DNA of 64,000 nt from positions 32,001-96,000 of the forward strand of contig CAMTVK010000021.1 of assembly GCA_947085185.1 (NCBI GenBank), given 5' to 3'. Position numbers and translations under genes: made by a program. Source of the DNA: Candidatus Fraserbacteria bacterium (GTDB lineage Bacteria > Bipolaricaulota > Bipolaricaulia > RBG-16-55-9 > DRXL01). Below, piece by piece: positions 9,180 through 20,339 of the stretch. The notes beneath the pieces are model-generated. The model was not told where the DNA came from. It was given only the letters and a program-made list of their open reading frames with translations, and ran no database searches. The first letter of the stretch is position 1; the number at the start of each line of letters is the position of its first letter.

Positions 9180-9968
9180 ATGCCCAGCGCAAGCCCGATG
9201 CGTATGTGCCCAGATCGTGATAGACCGATTCATCTGAAGCTTGTTCAGATCAGCAAGAGCTTTTCTCGTGATGGGCTGCGGTTGCCGGTGCTGGACAAGA
9301 TCGATTTAGAAGTTCGAGCCGGGGAACTGGTCGCGCTGATAGGCCCCAGCGGCTGTGGCAAGACCACGCTCTTGCACATCATCGCTGGGGTGATCGCGCC
9401 AGATTCAGGGACGATCTATGTGAACGGCTCTCCGATCGTGGGGAACAGACAGGTCGCCTATATGCAACAGAAGGATCTGCTCTTGCCCTGGCGGACTGCT
9501 CTTGCGAACGCGATCCTTGGCCCGGAGATCGCCGGGGAAGACTTAAAAGAAGCTGAAGAGTGCGCACGGCAGCTCTTTGCAGAGTTTGGGCTTATGGGCT
9601 TTGAGAGTGCTTATCCAGCCCAGCTTTCCGCGGGGATGCGCCAGCGCGTCGCCCTCATCCGCACCTTGCTGTCTCGAAAAGAGATTCTCTTGCTCGATGA
9701 GCCCTTCGGAGCGCTCGACGCCCTCACCCGAGCTGAGCTGCACGAATGGCTCTTGCGCGCTTGGGAAAAGTCTCCCCAGACGACGCTCTTTGTCACCCAC
9801 GACGTCGAAGAGGCACTCAAGCTCGCTGACAGAGTCTATGTGCTCTCGGGGCGTCCCGCGCGCGTCAAAGCTCTCATTACGGTCTGTCTGGGGCGTCCAC
9901 GTGACCCAACTCACCCTGATTTTGTCGCATTGAAAGCCGAGCTCTGGCGCGCGTTGCAGGCCTCTTGA
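9180..9968 (+). CDS. ABC transporter ATP-binding protein (TauB/SsuB/ThiZ-like)
   Basis: GPSGCGKT, QKDLLLPWRT, LSAGMRQR, LLDEPFGALD; exact start uncertain. Confidence 0.9.
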   Translation: MPSASPMRMCPDRDRPIHLKLVQISKSFSRDGLRLPVLDKIDLEVRAGELVALIGPSGCGKTTLLHIIAGVIAPDSGTIYVNGSPIVGNRQVAYMQQKDLLLPWRTALANAILGPEIAGEDLKEAEECARQLFAEFGLMGFESAYPAQLSAGMRQRVALIRTLLSRKEILLLDEPFGALDALTRAELHEWLLRAWEKSPQTTLFVTHDVEEALKLADRVYVLSGRPARVKALITVCLGRPRDPTHPDFVALKAELWRALQAS

Positions 9969-9993
9969 CAGGACCCATACAGAGTGCTATACT
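9965..9993 (+). promoter_or_regulatory. Sigma70 promoter for TPP riboswitch-thiBPQ
   Basis: TTGACA-17 bp-TATACT. Confidence 0.75.
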
Positions 9994-10001
9994 CTCTGTG
10001 T

Positions 10002-10095
10002 CACAGGGGAGCTCGGGGAACCGGGCTGAGAGGGTCTCTACTCTGAGACCGACCCTTGGAACCTGATCCGGGTAATGCCGGCGTAGGGAACCTTC
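10002..10095 (+). ncRNA. TPP (THI-box) riboswitch
   Basis: GGGGAGC...GGCTGAGAGG...GACCCTTGGAACCTGATCCGGGTAATGCCGGCGTAGGGAA consensus upstream of a thiamine ABC transporter. Confidence 0.95.
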
Positions 10096-10144
10096 AGCGT
10101 CCTCCCGAGATCTCTCCGAGAAACTCTCGAAGGAGGGATCTATC

Positions 10145-11176
10145 ATGCTGCGTCGCGTAGCGCTCGTCGCGCTGCTCAGCGGATTGGTGCTGGCTTGGGG
10201 AGACTCTTTGGCCCAAGTCGGCGAGGGCTCTAAGCTCGTCGTCTATACCTACGAGAGCTTCGTCGCATGGGGACCGGCAAAGTTCATCAAGACCGAGTTT
10301 GAAAAGCAACATCCTGGCCTTGAAGTCGAATTCGTGGCTGCGGGGCCAAGCCGAGCGATGTTTGCTCGCCTGGTCAACGAGACGATCTCCGGGGGTACAC
10401 CCGCCGATCTCTTCCTTGGCGAGATCAACGACGTGCCCCGAGCGAAAAAGTTCGGACTCTTTGCCCCAATCACCCCTCAAGAGATCCCTAATCTCCAGTT
10501 CGTCCCTCAAGAATTGTTGCTCGACCCAGATCTCACAATCGTCCCCTATGAGCATGGGTTCATCACGCTCGTCTACGATAGCACCAAGCTCCAGCCCCAA
10601 GAGCTGCCCAAGACGTTTGAAGACCTCACCAAGCCCCAGTACCGAAAGAAGCTCATCGTGCAGAATGCTCTGACATCGAGCGTGGGCCAGTCGTTCTTGT
10701 TCTGGACTATCTTTAATTATGGGGATGGCAAATATCTGGAGTACTGGAGGAGGCTCCTGCCCTCGATCCTAACGATTCAGCCCGGCTGGAGCGCGGCGTA
10801 CAAGCTCTTCACCAAGGGCGAAGCCCCCATGGTCGTGAGCTTCTCCACCGATGCGTGCTTCGACGCGCGCTACCAGCCACTCTTGCTCAATTCCCAAGGA
10901 TACCGCACAATCTTTGGGGCAAGTGTCGTCAAGAGCACAGACAACCCCAAGCTCGCCCGAGAGTTCATAAATTTCTTGCTCTCGGTCGCAGTCCAAGAGA
11001 AGCTGCCCGATACGGAAGTGATGTTCCCGGCAAACTCTCAAGCGAAGCTCCCCGAAAGATGGCGCACTTGTGCGGTCGTGCCCTCTGAGCCAGTGATGAT
11101 CCCCCTTAATTATGTAGCTGAGCATGCCGACCGCTGGCTGGAGGAGTGGGCCCGTTTGGTCGTGACAGGACGGTAG
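10145..11176 (+). CDS. thiB: Thiamine ABC transporter substrate-binding protein
   Basis: Signal peptide, LVVYTYESF..WGP, GWSAAY.LFTKGEAPMVVSFST; downstream of TPP riboswitch. Confidence 0.92.
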   Translation: MLRRVALVALLSGLVLAWGDSLAQVGEGSKLVVYTYESFVAWGPAKFIKTEFEKQHPGLEVEFVAAGPSRAMFARLVNETISGGTPADLFLGEINDVPRAKKFGLFAPITPQEIPNLQFVPQELLLDPDLTIVPYEHGFITLVYDSTKLQPQELPKTFEDLTKPQYRKKLIVQNALTSSVGQSFLFWTIFNYGDGKYLEYWRRLLPSILTIQPGWSAAYKLFTKGEAPMVVSFSTDACFDARYQPLLLNSQGYRTIFGASVVKSTDNPKLAREFINFLLSVAVQEKLPDTEVMFPANSQAKLPERWRTCAVVPSEPVMIPLNYVAEHADRWLEEWARLVVTGR

Positions 11177-11179
11177 CTT

Positions 11180-12886
11180 GTGAGCGCGCGAAAGTGGGGA
11201 GGGGAGCAGGCTCTGCTCGCCCTCCCCTTGCTCTTCTTAGCGATCTTCTTCTATGGGCCCTTGGTGAACTTGCTGCGCCAGGGCCTCACCAGAGATGGAG
11301 CGCCTTCGCTGGACTTTATCCAAGCAGTCCTCACCGATGACTATTTTCAGCATGTCATTCTCTTTACGCTCGCTCAGGCGCTCCTGAGCACCCTGGCCAG
11401 CATTGCTCTTGGGCTGCCCTTGGCGTATCTCCTTGTGCACTATGACTTCCCCCTCAAGAGAGTCGTGCGCTCTTTGACGATTGTGCCCTTTGTGCTGCCG
11501 GCGATCACGGTCGCGCTGGGGTTCGCGTTGCTCTTTGGGCGCACTGGGTATCTCAATCGGTTCTTGATGGGGCTCTTTGAGCTGAGCGAGCCGCCCCTCC
11601 CCATTATGTATTCCCTGACGGGGATAGTGCTCGCGCATGCGTTTTATAACGCTCCGATCATCACGCGCGCGGTGCACGCCGCGTGGGAGCGCTTAGACCC
11701 ACGATATGAAGAGAGCGCGCGGGCTTTGGGAGCTTCGCGCTTTTATATCTTCAAAGATATCACCCTGCCCATGCTGCTGCCGGGGGTGCTCAGCGGCGCA
11801 GCGTTAGTATTTATCTTTTGCTTTCTGAGTTTTCCCATCGTATTATCCGTGGGCGGAGGACGATTCTCGACCATCGAAGTCGAGATCTATACGAGAGTTG
11901 TCACCCGGCTCGATCCCCAGTTTATAAATTACAAAATAGGCGCAGCGTTGGCGCTTGTTGGCCTTGTGATCTCTTTAGGGATGACGTATTTCTATGTGCG
12001 CTTGCAGGGGGAGTTTGCGCGTCAGGTGGAACACGTGCGCCCGCGGCCTACTGTGCCGCTCTTTCGGGGAGTTCGCGATCTTTTCCGTCCGACCAGGCTC
12101 GTGCTCTTTCTGTATGTGCTTGTCAGCGTGGTGCTATTTCTTGGCCCTATCCTTGCAGTCGTCGCGGATTCCCTCTGGGAGGACACTCCCGCAGGGGGCC
12201 GCTGGACCCTCCGCTGGTACTCATATATATTTGCGCCGGACTACGAAGCGCTCCTGGGGGATTCGCCCCTGCAGGCGATCTTCAACAGCATCGGCTTTGG
12301 TGTGGCCGCGACGCTCATCGCTCTGCCCATGGGAATGGTGTTCGCGTATGTCATTGCTCGGCTGCGCTGGAGGGGACAACGGCTCTTTGATGCGCTGCTT
12401 ATGGCCCCGTTGGCGACGTCCTCGATCGTTGTGGCGTTTGCCCTGCTGCAGACGTTTAACGCGCCGCCGCTGCGGCTAGTCGGCACAGCCAGCGCCGTGA
12501 TCATCGCGCACGCGGTCATTATCTTCCCGTTTATCGTGCGGGCGCTCGTGCCGGTCTGGGAGAATCTCGACTTCAAGCTTGTAGAGATGGCTCGCAGTTT
12601 AGGGGCGTCGCGCCTGCGGGCGCTGCGCGAGATTGAGCTGCCCCTCTTAGCTGGTGGGCTGCTTGCCGGAGCGGTCTTCGCCTTTGCCCTGAGTTTAGGG
12701 GAGATGAGCGCGACATTGATGCTTGCCCGACCGGGACTGAACACCATGCCCGTGGCGGTCTATAGATTTCTCAGCCAGCATGCGCTTGGGGCGCCCAGCG
12801 CCATGAGCACGGTGATGATCGTCGTCTCGGCGGTGGCGTTTATAGTATTGGAGCGCTGGGGGGAGCGAGCGCTTAAGCGCTTGTAG
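11180..12886 (+). CDS. thiP: Thiamine ABC transporter permease
   Basis: Duplicated permease with LAHAFYN, EESARALGAS and EMARSLGAS EAA loops. Confidence 0.9.
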   Translation: MSARKWGGEQALLALPLLFLAIFFYGPLVNLLRQGLTRDGAPSLDFIQAVLTDDYFQHVILFTLAQALLSTLASIALGLPLAYLLVHYDFPLKRVVRSLTIVPFVLPAITVALGFALLFGRTGYLNRFLMGLFELSEPPLPIMYSLTGIVLAHAFYNAPIITRAVHAAWERLDPRYEESARALGASRFYIFKDITLPMLLPGVLSGAALVFIFCFLSFPIVLSVGGGRFSTIEVEIYTRVVTRLDPQFINYKIGAALALVGLVISLGMTYFYVRLQGEFARQVEHVRPRPTVPLFRGVRDLFRPTRLVLFLYVLVSVVLFLGPILAVVADSLWEDTPAGGRWTLRWYSYIFAPDYEALLGDSPLQAIFNSIGFGVAATLIALPMGMVFAYVIARLRWRGQRLFDALLMAPLATSSIVVAFALLQTFNAPPLRLVGTASAVIIAHAVIIFPFIVRALVPVWENLDFKLVEMARSLGASRLRALREIELPLLAGGLLAGAVFAFALSLGEMSATLMLARPGLNTMPVAVYRFLSQHALGAPSAMSTVMIVVSAVAFIVLERWGERALKRL

Positions 12887-12890
12887 GGCT

Positions 12891-13967
12891 ATGCGCGTCA
12901 CTCTCCACAAAATCACAAAACGCTTCGGCTCAACGGGTGCTCTCGAGGGCGTCTCTCTTGAGATAAACGATGGAGAGCTGCTGGCGCTGGTGGGCCCCAG
13001 CGGCTGCGGCAAGACGACTCTTCTGAGAGTAGTCGCGGGTTTAGAAACCCCCGACTCTGGAGATATTCTCTTTGACGGGCGGAGTGTGCTGAGCGTGCCA
13101 CCGGAGCGGCGCGGGGTCGGATTAGTCTTTCAAAATTACGCGCTCTTCCCGCATATGACGGTCTTTCATAATATTGCGTATGGGCTGAAGTTTGCAAAAA
13201 ATCTCCCAGTGAGTGTGCCAGGGCGAGTGCGAGAGCTTTTGAAGCTGATGGGGTTAGAAGGGCTGGAAGATCGGATGCCCTCGGAGCTCTCGGCGGGGCA
13301 GCAACAGCGCGTGGCGCTGGCGCGCGCGCTCGCCCCCAATCCCAACGTGCTCTTGCTCGATGAACCCCTCAGTGCTCTTGACGCGAAGCTGCGTGAGCGC
13401 CTCCGCGTAGAGATAAAGAAGATTCAAAGGGCTTTTAAGATCACAACGCTCTACGTCACCCACGACCAAGAAGAAGCCCTCGCTGTGGCGGATCGGGTCG
13501 CGGTCATGAGCGTCGCGCGTATTGAGCAGGTCGGAGCACCCACAGAGATTTATAACGCTCCCGCGACGGAGTTTGTCGCGCGCTTTATCGGCCGTGGGAA
13601 TCTGCTTCAAGGGCGGGTCGTGCGCTGCGACCGCGAAGAGCTCGTGCTCTCCGTAGGGGATGGCTTCATTCGCACGCGCGCGGACGGCTCTCTCTGGGTC
13701 GGCCAAGCGATTGCTGTGTTGGTGCGGCCGGAGCGCATCCGGTTCGATCGCTACGCTGACAATATCTTGATGGGGACTGTTGTAGGAAGGGAGTTCGCTG
13801 GAGATGCCCTGTGGCTTCATATTGAGACGGCGGCTGGGGTCTTGGTGGTGAAGGCCGACGCTGCCCAGAGCACCATCGCCGATGGCGATGCCGTCCAGAT
13901 AGGGTTTAGCGCTGCGGATGTCTGGGTCGTCACCGATCGAAGATTGCCATCCACACCGTCACGATGA
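12891..13967 (+). CDS. thiQ: Thiamine ABC transporter ATP-binding protein
   Basis: GPSGCGKT, FQNYALFPH, LSAGQQQR, C-terminal TOBE-like region; operon context. Confidence 0.85.
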   Translation: MRVTLHKITKRFGSTGALEGVSLEINDGELLALVGPSGCGKTTLLRVVAGLETPDSGDILFDGRSVLSVPPERRGVGLVFQNYALFPHMTVFHNIAYGLKFAKNLPVSVPGRVRELLKLMGLEGLEDRMPSELSAGQQQRVALARALAPNPNVLLLDEPLSALDAKLRERLRVEIKKIQRAFKITTLYVTHDQEEALAVADRVAVMSVARIEQVGAPTEIYNAPATEFVARFIGRGNLLQGRVVRCDREELVLSVGDGFIRTRADGSLWVGQAIAVLVRPERIRFDRYADNILMGTVVGREFAGDALWLHIETAAGVLVVKADAAQSTIADGDAVQIGFSAADVWVVTDRRLPSTPSR

Positions 13968-14568
13968 GCGTTACGGCAATGAAGACCCAGACGTTGAGGA
14001 ACCAGACAGCCGCGATCACGCTATAGATAAATCCGCGCCGTCCCAAGGTGTAACCGTCGCTGCCGCGCATGAACAGATCCGTCAGATATTGAGAGGGCTC
14101 GGTGCCCTCCATCTGGTGGAGCGTGGTGGGCGGAGCGCTGATGAGTATGGACAACAGATTGAAGTAGCGCAGTGCCACAAGGAAGCTGAAAAATGAGAGA
14201 GCCAGCGTGAAGATGATCGTCCAGATCGGGTAATCTTGGGGGCGCAGGCCCCGGCTGGGCAAGTGGGGCAGCTCGATGATCGCTTCCCAGACACCGCTGA
14301 AGCTGATAATAAACCCCAACAGGAGCACGCTCGCTGACGCTAAGAACGTCACGGACATAATAATATTGCGGAGCTGATGCACAACGAGCAGGTGATCCCC
14401 CGATTCGAGGGCGTTCATGAGGGCGCCAGCGACGGCGTGGCGCATCCGGCCCTTGCGCGTTGCGTGAGACCGTCGACGCGACAGATAAAAATACACAAAA
14501 TGATACCCATAGAAGCATCCGAAGAACGTGACGAGAGCCACGATCGTCTCAGGGGTGAGGGTTTGCAT
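13930..14568 (-). CDS. DUF599 family membrane protein
   Basis: VHQLRNIIMSVTFLAS and GRRGFIY motifs, 4-5 TM helices; ATG at 14568. Confidence 0.75.
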   Translation of the reverse strand: MQTLTPETIVALVTFFGCFYGYHFVYFYLSRRRSHATRKGRMRHAVAGALMNALESGDHLLVVHQLRNIIMSVTFLASASVLLLGFIISFSGVWEAIIELPHLPSRGLRPQDYPIWTIIFTLALSFFSFLVALRYFNLLSILISAPPTTLHQMEGTEPSQYLTDLFMRGSDGYTLGRRGFIYSVIAAVWFLNVWVFIAVTLIVTVWMAIFDR

Positions 14569-14606
14569 AGTCTTATTTATACAGGGTCGCTGACGCTTGA
14601 GCAAGC

Positions 14607-14635
14607 TTGACAGGCCCTCACGGCGAAAGTAAAAT
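14607..14635 (+). promoter_or_regulatory. Sigma70 promoter for lon
   Basis: TTGACA-17 bp-TAAAAT. Confidence 0.7.
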
Positions 14636-14673
14636 CTCTTGGAACTCTCTGAAAGAAGGTAGGTGCCCCTTCT

Positions 14674-17046
14674 GTGAACTCGCTCGCACCTCCGGCAGGG
14701 TTTGAGTTGGTTGATACAAGCCGTGTGGAACTTCCCACGGTGTTGTCTATATTGCCTTTGAAAAATACGGTGGTCTTTCCTCACTCGGTCTTGCCTTTGA
14801 CGGTGGGCCGCGAAAGCTCAGTCAAGCTTATCGAGGATGCGCTGGCGGGCACGAGGATCATCGGGGTACTCACGCAGCGCGATCCCAACGTCGAGCATCC
14901 CACCCGTGAGGACGTCTATCATATCGGGACGATCTGCAAGATCGCGCGGGTGCTCAAGACCCCCAACAATGCGCTCTTGCTCTGGGTGCAGGGGCTGAGC
15001 CGTTTTGCTGTCGAGACGTTTACTCAAGAGACGCCCTACTTGGTCGCCCAGATCAAGCCGTTGGAATCGGTCGTCGAAGAAGATATTGAAACAGAAGCGC
15101 TGAGCAAGCAAGTCGCGGCGCTCTTCCAAAAGATGCTCTCCCTCATGCCCAACCCGCACATGGAGATCCATGCGATGGCCTCAAGCTTGAGCGATCCGGG
15201 GCATCTGGCGGACTTCATTACAGCGAATCTCGACGTGGAGGTCGAGGCCAAACAGCGGGTGCTCGAGACGCTCAACGTGAAGGAGCGTCTGACTTTCGTC
15301 TTACGGTTGCTCGAAGAAGAGAACGAGATTTTAGAAGTGGGCTCGCGCATCCACACCCGAGTTCAAGAGGAGATCGGTCGGTCCACACGAGAGAGGATCT
15401 TGCGCGAGCAGATGGAGGCGATCAAGAAGGAGCTCGGAGAAGAAGAAGGCCCGGAGATCGAGGAGCTGCGCCGCAAGATCAAGCAAGCTAAGATGCCTAA
15501 GGACGCCGAGAAAGAAGCCCTGCGCGAGCTCGAGCGCCTGGCGCAGATGCACCCCAGCTCGGCGGAGTACACGGTCTCGCGTACGTATTTGGATTGGTTG
15601 ATCGCGTTGCCGTGGTCGAAAGCGACCAAAGATATGCTCGATATTGCGCGCGCTCGCCAGATTCTCGATGAAGATCACTATAACTTAGAGAAGGTGAAAG
15701 AGCGCATCTTGGAGTACTTAGCGGTGCTCAAGCTCAAGAAGGACATGAAAGGGCCGATCTTGTGTCTGGTGGGGCCGCCGGGGGTGGGGAAGACGTCTCT
15801 GGGGCGCTCGATTGCCCGTGCGTTGGGGAGAAAATTCGTGCGCATCTCTTTGGGGGGCGTGCGCGATGAAGCTGAGATTCGTGGGCATCGGCGCACCTAC
15901 GTGGGCGCACTGCCCGGACGGATTATTCAAGGGCTGCGCCGCGCCAACTCGAAAAACCCCGTGTTCATGCTCGATGAGATAGACAAGATGAGCAGCGACT
16001 TTCGCGGCGATCCCGCCTCGGCCTTGCTCGAGGTCCTCGACCCAGAGCAGAACAATAATTTCACGGATCACTACTTAGATCTGCCGTTCGATCTGTCGCG
16101 GGTGCTCTTCATCACGACAGCCAATGTGTTATATACTATTCCCAGCCCCTTGCTCGACCGCATGGAGGTGCTCGAGCTGCCTGGGTACTCTGAGGACGAA
16201 AAGATTCAGATCGCCCAGAGATATTTGATCCCTAAGCAGATCAAAGCGCATGGGTTGCGGGCGCATCACGTGGAGTTCAGCGACGCGGCGCTGCGCCAGA
16301 TCATTCGCGACTACACCCACGAAGCAGGGGTGAGAAATCTGGAGCGCGAGATCGGCGCAGTCTGTCGGAAGATCGCTGTGCAGGTCGCTGAGAAGAAAGA
16401 TCGCTCCAGGCGATTCATTGAGCCAGCCGACGTGAGCAAGATGCTTGGGCCACCACGGTACTTTTCAGAGGTGTCCGAGCGCTTGACGAAGTCCGGCGTG
16501 GCCATCGGCATGGTGGTCACCCAAGTCGGCGGGGATATTGTCTTCATCGAGGCGACCAAGATGAAGGGCAAAGGCGAGCTCAAGCTCACCGGGCAGCTTG
16601 GGGAGGTGATGCGCGAGTCCGCGCAAGCCGCGCTCAGCTACATTCGTGCTCATGCTGAACAGTTCGGGATTGATCCAGACTTCTTTGCCACCCATGATAT
16701 TCATATTCACGTGCCTGAGGGGGCCATCCCCAAGGACGGCCCCTCGGCGGGCGTGACGCTCGTGACGGCGTTGGTGTCGCTCTTGACCGATACGCCAGTG
16801 CAGCCCGATTTAGCTATGACCGGCGAGATCACCCTGCGCGGCAAGGTCCTGCCCGTCGGTGGGATCCGGGAGAAGGTGCTTGCGGCTCATCGCACGGGGA
16901 TCAAGACCGTGATCTTGCCCAAGCGCAACGAAAAAGATTTAGAAGAGCTACCGCAGAACGTCAAAGACGCGTTGCGCATTGAGTTTGTCGAAGAGATCTC
17001 AGAGGTCTTAGAGATCGCGCTCCCTCGCTATGCCGAAGTCTCCTAA
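14674..17046 (+). CDS. lon: ATP-dependent Lon protease (LonA)
   Basis: [29 protein letters not shown], catalytic Lys in GGIREK. Confidence 0.98.
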   Translation: MNSLAPPAGFELVDTSRVELPTVLSILPLKNTVVFPHSVLPLTVGRESSVKLIEDALAGTRIIGVLTQRDPNVEHPTREDVYHIGTICKIARVLKTPNNALLLWVQGLSRFAVETFTQETPYLVAQIKPLESVVEEDIETEALSKQVAALFQKMLSLMPNPHMEIHAMASSLSDPGHLADFITANLDVEVEAKQRVLETLNVKERLTFVLRLLEEENEILEVGSRIHTRVQEEIGRSTRERILREQMEAIKKELGEEEGPEIEELRRKIKQAKMPKDAEKEALRELERLAQMHPSSAEYTVSRTYLDWLIALPWSKATKDMLDIARARQILDEDHYNLEKVKERILEYLAVLKLKKDMKGPILCLVGPPGVGKTSLGRSIARALGRKFVRISLGGVRDEAEIRGHRRTYVGALPGRIIQGLRRANSKNPVFMLDEIDKMSSDFRGDPASALLEVLDPEQNNNFTDHYLDLPFDLSRVLFITTANVLYTIPSPLLDRMEVLELPGYSEDEKIQIAQRYLIPKQIKAHGLRAHHVEFSDAALRQIIRDYTHEAGVRNLEREIGAVCRKIAVQVAEKKDRSRRFIEPADVSKMLGPPRYFSEVSERLTKSGVAIGMVVTQVGGDIVFIEATKMKGKGELKLTGQLGEVMRESAQAALSYIRAHAEQFGIDPDFFATHDIHIHVPEGAIPKDGPSAGVTLVTALVSLLTDTPVQPDLAMTGEITLRGKVLPVGGIREKVLAAHRTGIKTVILPKRNEKDLEELPQNVKDALRIEFVEEISEVLEIALPRYAEVS

Positions 17047-17893
17047 GCGACGCGTGGTGGTGATAGCGCCGCATCCCGACGACGAGGTGCTTGCTACCGG
17101 CGGAGTCATCCAAGAGCATCTGCGCAAGGGGCACATCGTCACAGTGATATTGGTGACGTGCGGGGATGGGCAGCGACGCGGGCTGCTCCTGCCACCACGA
17201 CACTTCCGACGCTTGGGGGAGCGCCGCTATCGCGAGTCAATAGAAGCCCTCAGATTTTTAGGATTACCGGAGAAATACGTGATCGCGTTGGGGTATCCTG
17301 ACCGTGGCTTGGCCCATCTGTGTGGCGATGGAGTCTATACGTCGCGCTACACGAAAGTCTGTGCGGTCCCCTATGAGTGGGCCTACAGCCCCGGCGCGCC
17401 GTACACCCGAGAGTCCGTGCTGCACGATCTGAGGAAGATCATAGAGCGCGAGCGCCCTCACGTCATCTATCTGCCCCACCCCAGCGATCGCCATAGCGAT
17501 CATCGGGCGACGTATCTGTTGACCCATACAGCCCTCGGTGCAGAGTGCTCAACGCTCTCACAGCTCATATCGTATCGGTACTATCTTATTCATTATGGGG
17601 CGTGGCCGCTGCCGGCAGGCCACTATCCCCAGCGGCGCTTGCTGCCTCCTCGGGCCTTGCGCGCCGGCGCGACCTGGATGGAACACCCTCTCCGCCCGGA
17701 GCAGATCGAGCGCAAAGGCCAAGCGATCCGATACTATCGCAGCCAGACCCAATATATCGCCGACCATCTGTTGAGCTTTGTACGGTGCAATGAGCTGTTT
17801 GATCTCAATCCCTCTCTCCAGAACGAGATTCGTCTTCCAAGACTGCTAATTGATCTTCGTCGAGTCCAAAGTAGTGTCCAATCTCGTGAATGA
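17030..17893 (+). CDS. PIG-L family deacetylase
   Basis: APHPDDE, LGYPD, DRHSDH. Confidence 0.9.
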   Translation: MPKSPKRRVVVIAPHPDDEVLATGGVIQEHLRKGHIVTVILVTCGDGQRRGLLLPPRHFRRLGERRYRESIEALRFLGLPEKYVIALGYPDRGLAHLCGDGVYTSRYTKVCAVPYEWAYSPGAPYTRESVLHDLRKIIERERPHVIYLPHPSDRHSDHRATYLLTHTALGAECSTLSQLISYRYYLIHYGAWPLPAGHYPQRRLLPPRALRAGATWMEHPLRPEQIERKGQAIRYYRSQTQYIADHLLSFVRCNELFDLNPSLQNEIRLPRLLIDLRRVQSSVQSRE

Positions 17894-18170
17894 CCGTGAG
17901 ACGAACCTGATGGCGGATCTCTTCTTCGTCGCCCCCAGAGACAGCTTCAATGTTTTTCTGAAAGATATAGATGACATCGGGTTGCATCGGATCGGTGAAG
18001 ACCGAGCGTTCGGTCAACGGAACCCCATCATAGAGCCCTAAGAGGGTCTCATCAGGGGGATCGGGACGATCTTTGATGACGATCATCACGTTCTGGAGAC
18101 GATCTTTGAAGAACTGAGGGAGGCTCTCCACTGCTTGCCAGACGAGCTTTTCAAACTGTGCGCGGGTCAT
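17805..18170 (-). CDS. Zincin-like metallopeptidase (DUF1025/Zincin_1)
   Basis: LLGLYDGVPLTER, TVIHEIGHYFG. Confidence 0.9.
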   Translation of the reverse strand: MTRAQFEKLVWQAVESLPQFFKDRLQNVMIVIKDRPDPPDETLLGLYDGVPLTERSVFTDPMQPDVIYIFQKNIEAVSGGDEEEIRHQVRLTVIHEIGHYFGLDEDQLAVLEDESRSGERD

Positions 18171-18261
18171 TGGGGATCACGCTCTTGCGCAGAGTATATC
18201 GGAGTCTGGTACTTCTGACAAGCTCGTTGCACGATGTGAGTTTCCTTGCTACACTCAATGT

Positions 18262-18858
18262 ATGCGCGTGCTCGTGGGTGTGATAGTGTGTGTGGCGCTC
18301 TCTGGGGGATCGGGCGTATTTGCTCAGAATCAGCCGAGTGATTTTTTTATGGAGGAGTTCACATTTGGGTTGCTGGGGGGGCTGGTGGGCGGCCCGGTGC
18401 TCGAGCTGATCTATGTGAGCACCCTCTGCCGTGAAGCGCCTAATCCTGTGTTGTGTCAAGAACTGGGCATAGCGACCATGCAGCTTGTCGTGTATCTTAT
18501 TACGTTGCCTGCGGGCGTGAGCGCAGGGGTGATCATCGCCGGTTGGTGGCGTGGTGTGGAGAACTCCCTGAGGGGGTATCTGTTGACTTATACGTTCGCG
18601 GCGGTGGGCTCAGTGACGGGCTGGCTCAACGCTGCTGGCATCATTCAAGTCATGGACTTTCTTATGGTGACGCTGGGGTGGGATTTGAGCGACTACGTGG
18701 CGGACATCTACACGCTTACCCGTGTGGCGCTGCCCATACTCTATGCGTCTTTTTTGGGAACGGTGTGGTTCAACACCAACGCACGAATGCGTCAGACGTC
18801 TTCTGTAGTAGCTCCGTCGTCTCTCTGGAAGATCCCACTCTTTGCGGTGCGCTTCTAG
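18262..18858 (+). CDS. Hypothetical membrane protein with signal peptide
   Basis: Signal peptide plus several TM segments; no family recognised. Confidence 0.6.
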   Translation: MRVLVGVIVCVALSGGSGVFAQNQPSDFFMEEFTFGLLGGLVGGPVLELIYVSTLCREAPNPVLCQELGIATMQLVVYLITLPAGVSAGVIIAGWWRGVENSLRGYLLTYTFAAVGSVTGWLNAAGIIQVMDFLMVTLGWDLSDYVADIYTLTRVALPILYASFLGTVWFNTNARMRQTSSVVAPSSLWKIPLFAVRF

Positions 18859-20165
18859 CAATCTGGGATCGCCGGCAGCGCAAGCTTTACGTGTTCGATC
18901 TCGATATCCCATGGCGTAGGCGCGAGCACAAGCAGCGCTGCTGGCACCATCTCTAGGGGCATGAGCGTCGAGCCGACCGCTCCCCCAAGCGCAAAAGTGA
19001 CGTCTTTGCCATAGATATCGAAGAGATAGCCGTCCGCATCTTGAGAGGATTTCAGAATCTCTTTGAGAGTGTTGACGACCCCGGCGCGACAGAAGGTCTC
19101 GCCCTCAAGGTAGACTTCGATCTTGGCGATCCGATAGTTCTTGCACGCCGGGCATTTGGGGGTATCTGGGGCTAAAATCTTGCGATCCATGCGATACCCA
19201 TAGACGACGGGCGCTGTGCCCGCTAGATACTTTTCGTTAAGAAGAACTTGTGCTTGCGCACCGGCTTCCCACGTCAGCACGCCAAGAAAGTGCGCATAGT
19301 CGCTGGGCGACATGAAATTATTCTTACTCTCGGCGAAGAGCCAAATATGTAACGCTCCCACGCGCGCTCCCCTTCGTAATCGCGCAAGCGCATCGGTGAG
19401 CACTCTCTCGATCTGCTCGCGGCTGAGACGTTTCGGACGATCTAAGACATAGCGATAGAGCCATGACGGCCCGTGCTCGGTTGAGCCGATCTCGTGTCTA
19501 TCGTAGAGACGATATGTGATATCTTCGACGGCAAACACAGTGGGCTCCGGCGCTCTGACTTCGATCCTGACGGAGGTATCTTGAGTGGTGGCCCCATGAT
19601 CGTCGGTGACGGTGAGCGTGACCTCGTAGATGCCAGGCTCGGTGTACGTATACGTTGAATTTGGTTCGGTGCTTGTTGTGTTATTGCCGAAGTCCCACAG
19701 ATATGCTGTGATGGAGCCGTCGGGGTCTTTGGAGGCGCTGCTGGAGAACTGCACGGTGAGCGGGGGCTCGCCGGAGACGTATTTACTGGGGACGCTCTCT
19801 GGGGAGTCGGGGAGCTTGACGGTCGCAAAGGCGATGGGCTCTTGATTGATAGAGAAAGTGACGCGAGCGCTCGTCTTGGTGTTCTTATTATCGGTCACGG
19901 TCAGCTCGACGGTGTAGCGGCCGCCCGTGGGGTAGGTGTGTTGTGGAGACGCTTCGGTGCTGGTGGAGCCATCGCCGAAGTTCCATAGAATAGATTGAAT
20001 TTCGCCGTCGGGGTCGGACCATTCTCCCGAAAACTGCACGGTGCGCTCGGTGAAGAAGGCGCCATCGGTTGGGCGGGTGATGCGTGCGGTGGGCGGTTTA
20101 TTTGAAGCACAGCTGGTGACGATGAGTGCGACAAGCAGAGCTAGTATTTTGAGTCTTCTTGGCAT
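18855..20165 (-). CDS. Lipoprotein with two PKD domains
   Basis: Lipobox-like VTSC, two WNFGDG/WDFGN PKD repeats with LTVTD. Confidence 0.85.
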   Translation of the reverse strand: MPRRLKILALLVALIVTSCASNKPPTARITRPTDGAFFTERTVQFSGEWSDPDGEIQSILWNFGDGSTSTEASPQHTYPTGGRYTVELTVTDNKNTKTSARVTFSINQEPIAFATVKLPDSPESVPSKYVSGEPPLTVQFSSSASKDPDGSITAYLWDFGNNTTSTEPNSTYTYTEPGIYEVTLTVTDDHGATTQDTSVRIEVRAPEPTVFAVEDITYRLYDRHEIGSTEHGPSWLYRYVLDRPKRLSREQIERVLTDALARLRRGARVGALHIWLFAESKNNFMSPSDYAHFLGVLTWEAGAQAQVLLNEKYLAGTAPVVYGYRMDRKILAPDTPKCPACKNYRIAKIEVYLEGETFCRAGVVNTLKEILKSSQDADGYLFDIYGKDVTFALGGAVGSTLMPLEMVPAALLVLAPTPWDIEIEHVKLALPAIPDC

Positions 20166-20267
20166 AGCGATCCCTTTGTCGGCTCAATCATAGTGCATGC
20201 TGAGCCCGGTGTGCAAGTGAGCGATTTGCTCTTGTGTGCTCCGTAGTGTATTGTAATGCAGGGGGTG

Positions 20268-20339
20268 ATGAATGTGCGCAAGAGTGCGCGTCGTCGCACG
20301 AAGAGACTGAAACGTTCTCAGGGGAAGCGCAAGGGCTAA
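20268..20339 (+). CDS. Tiny highly basic peptide (eL41-like composition)
   Basis: MNVRKSARRRTKRLKRSQGKRKG*; GGGGGTGA RBS; alternative GTG start at 20274; fills an intergenic gap. Confidence 0.45.
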   Translation: MNVRKSARRRTKRLKRSQGKRKG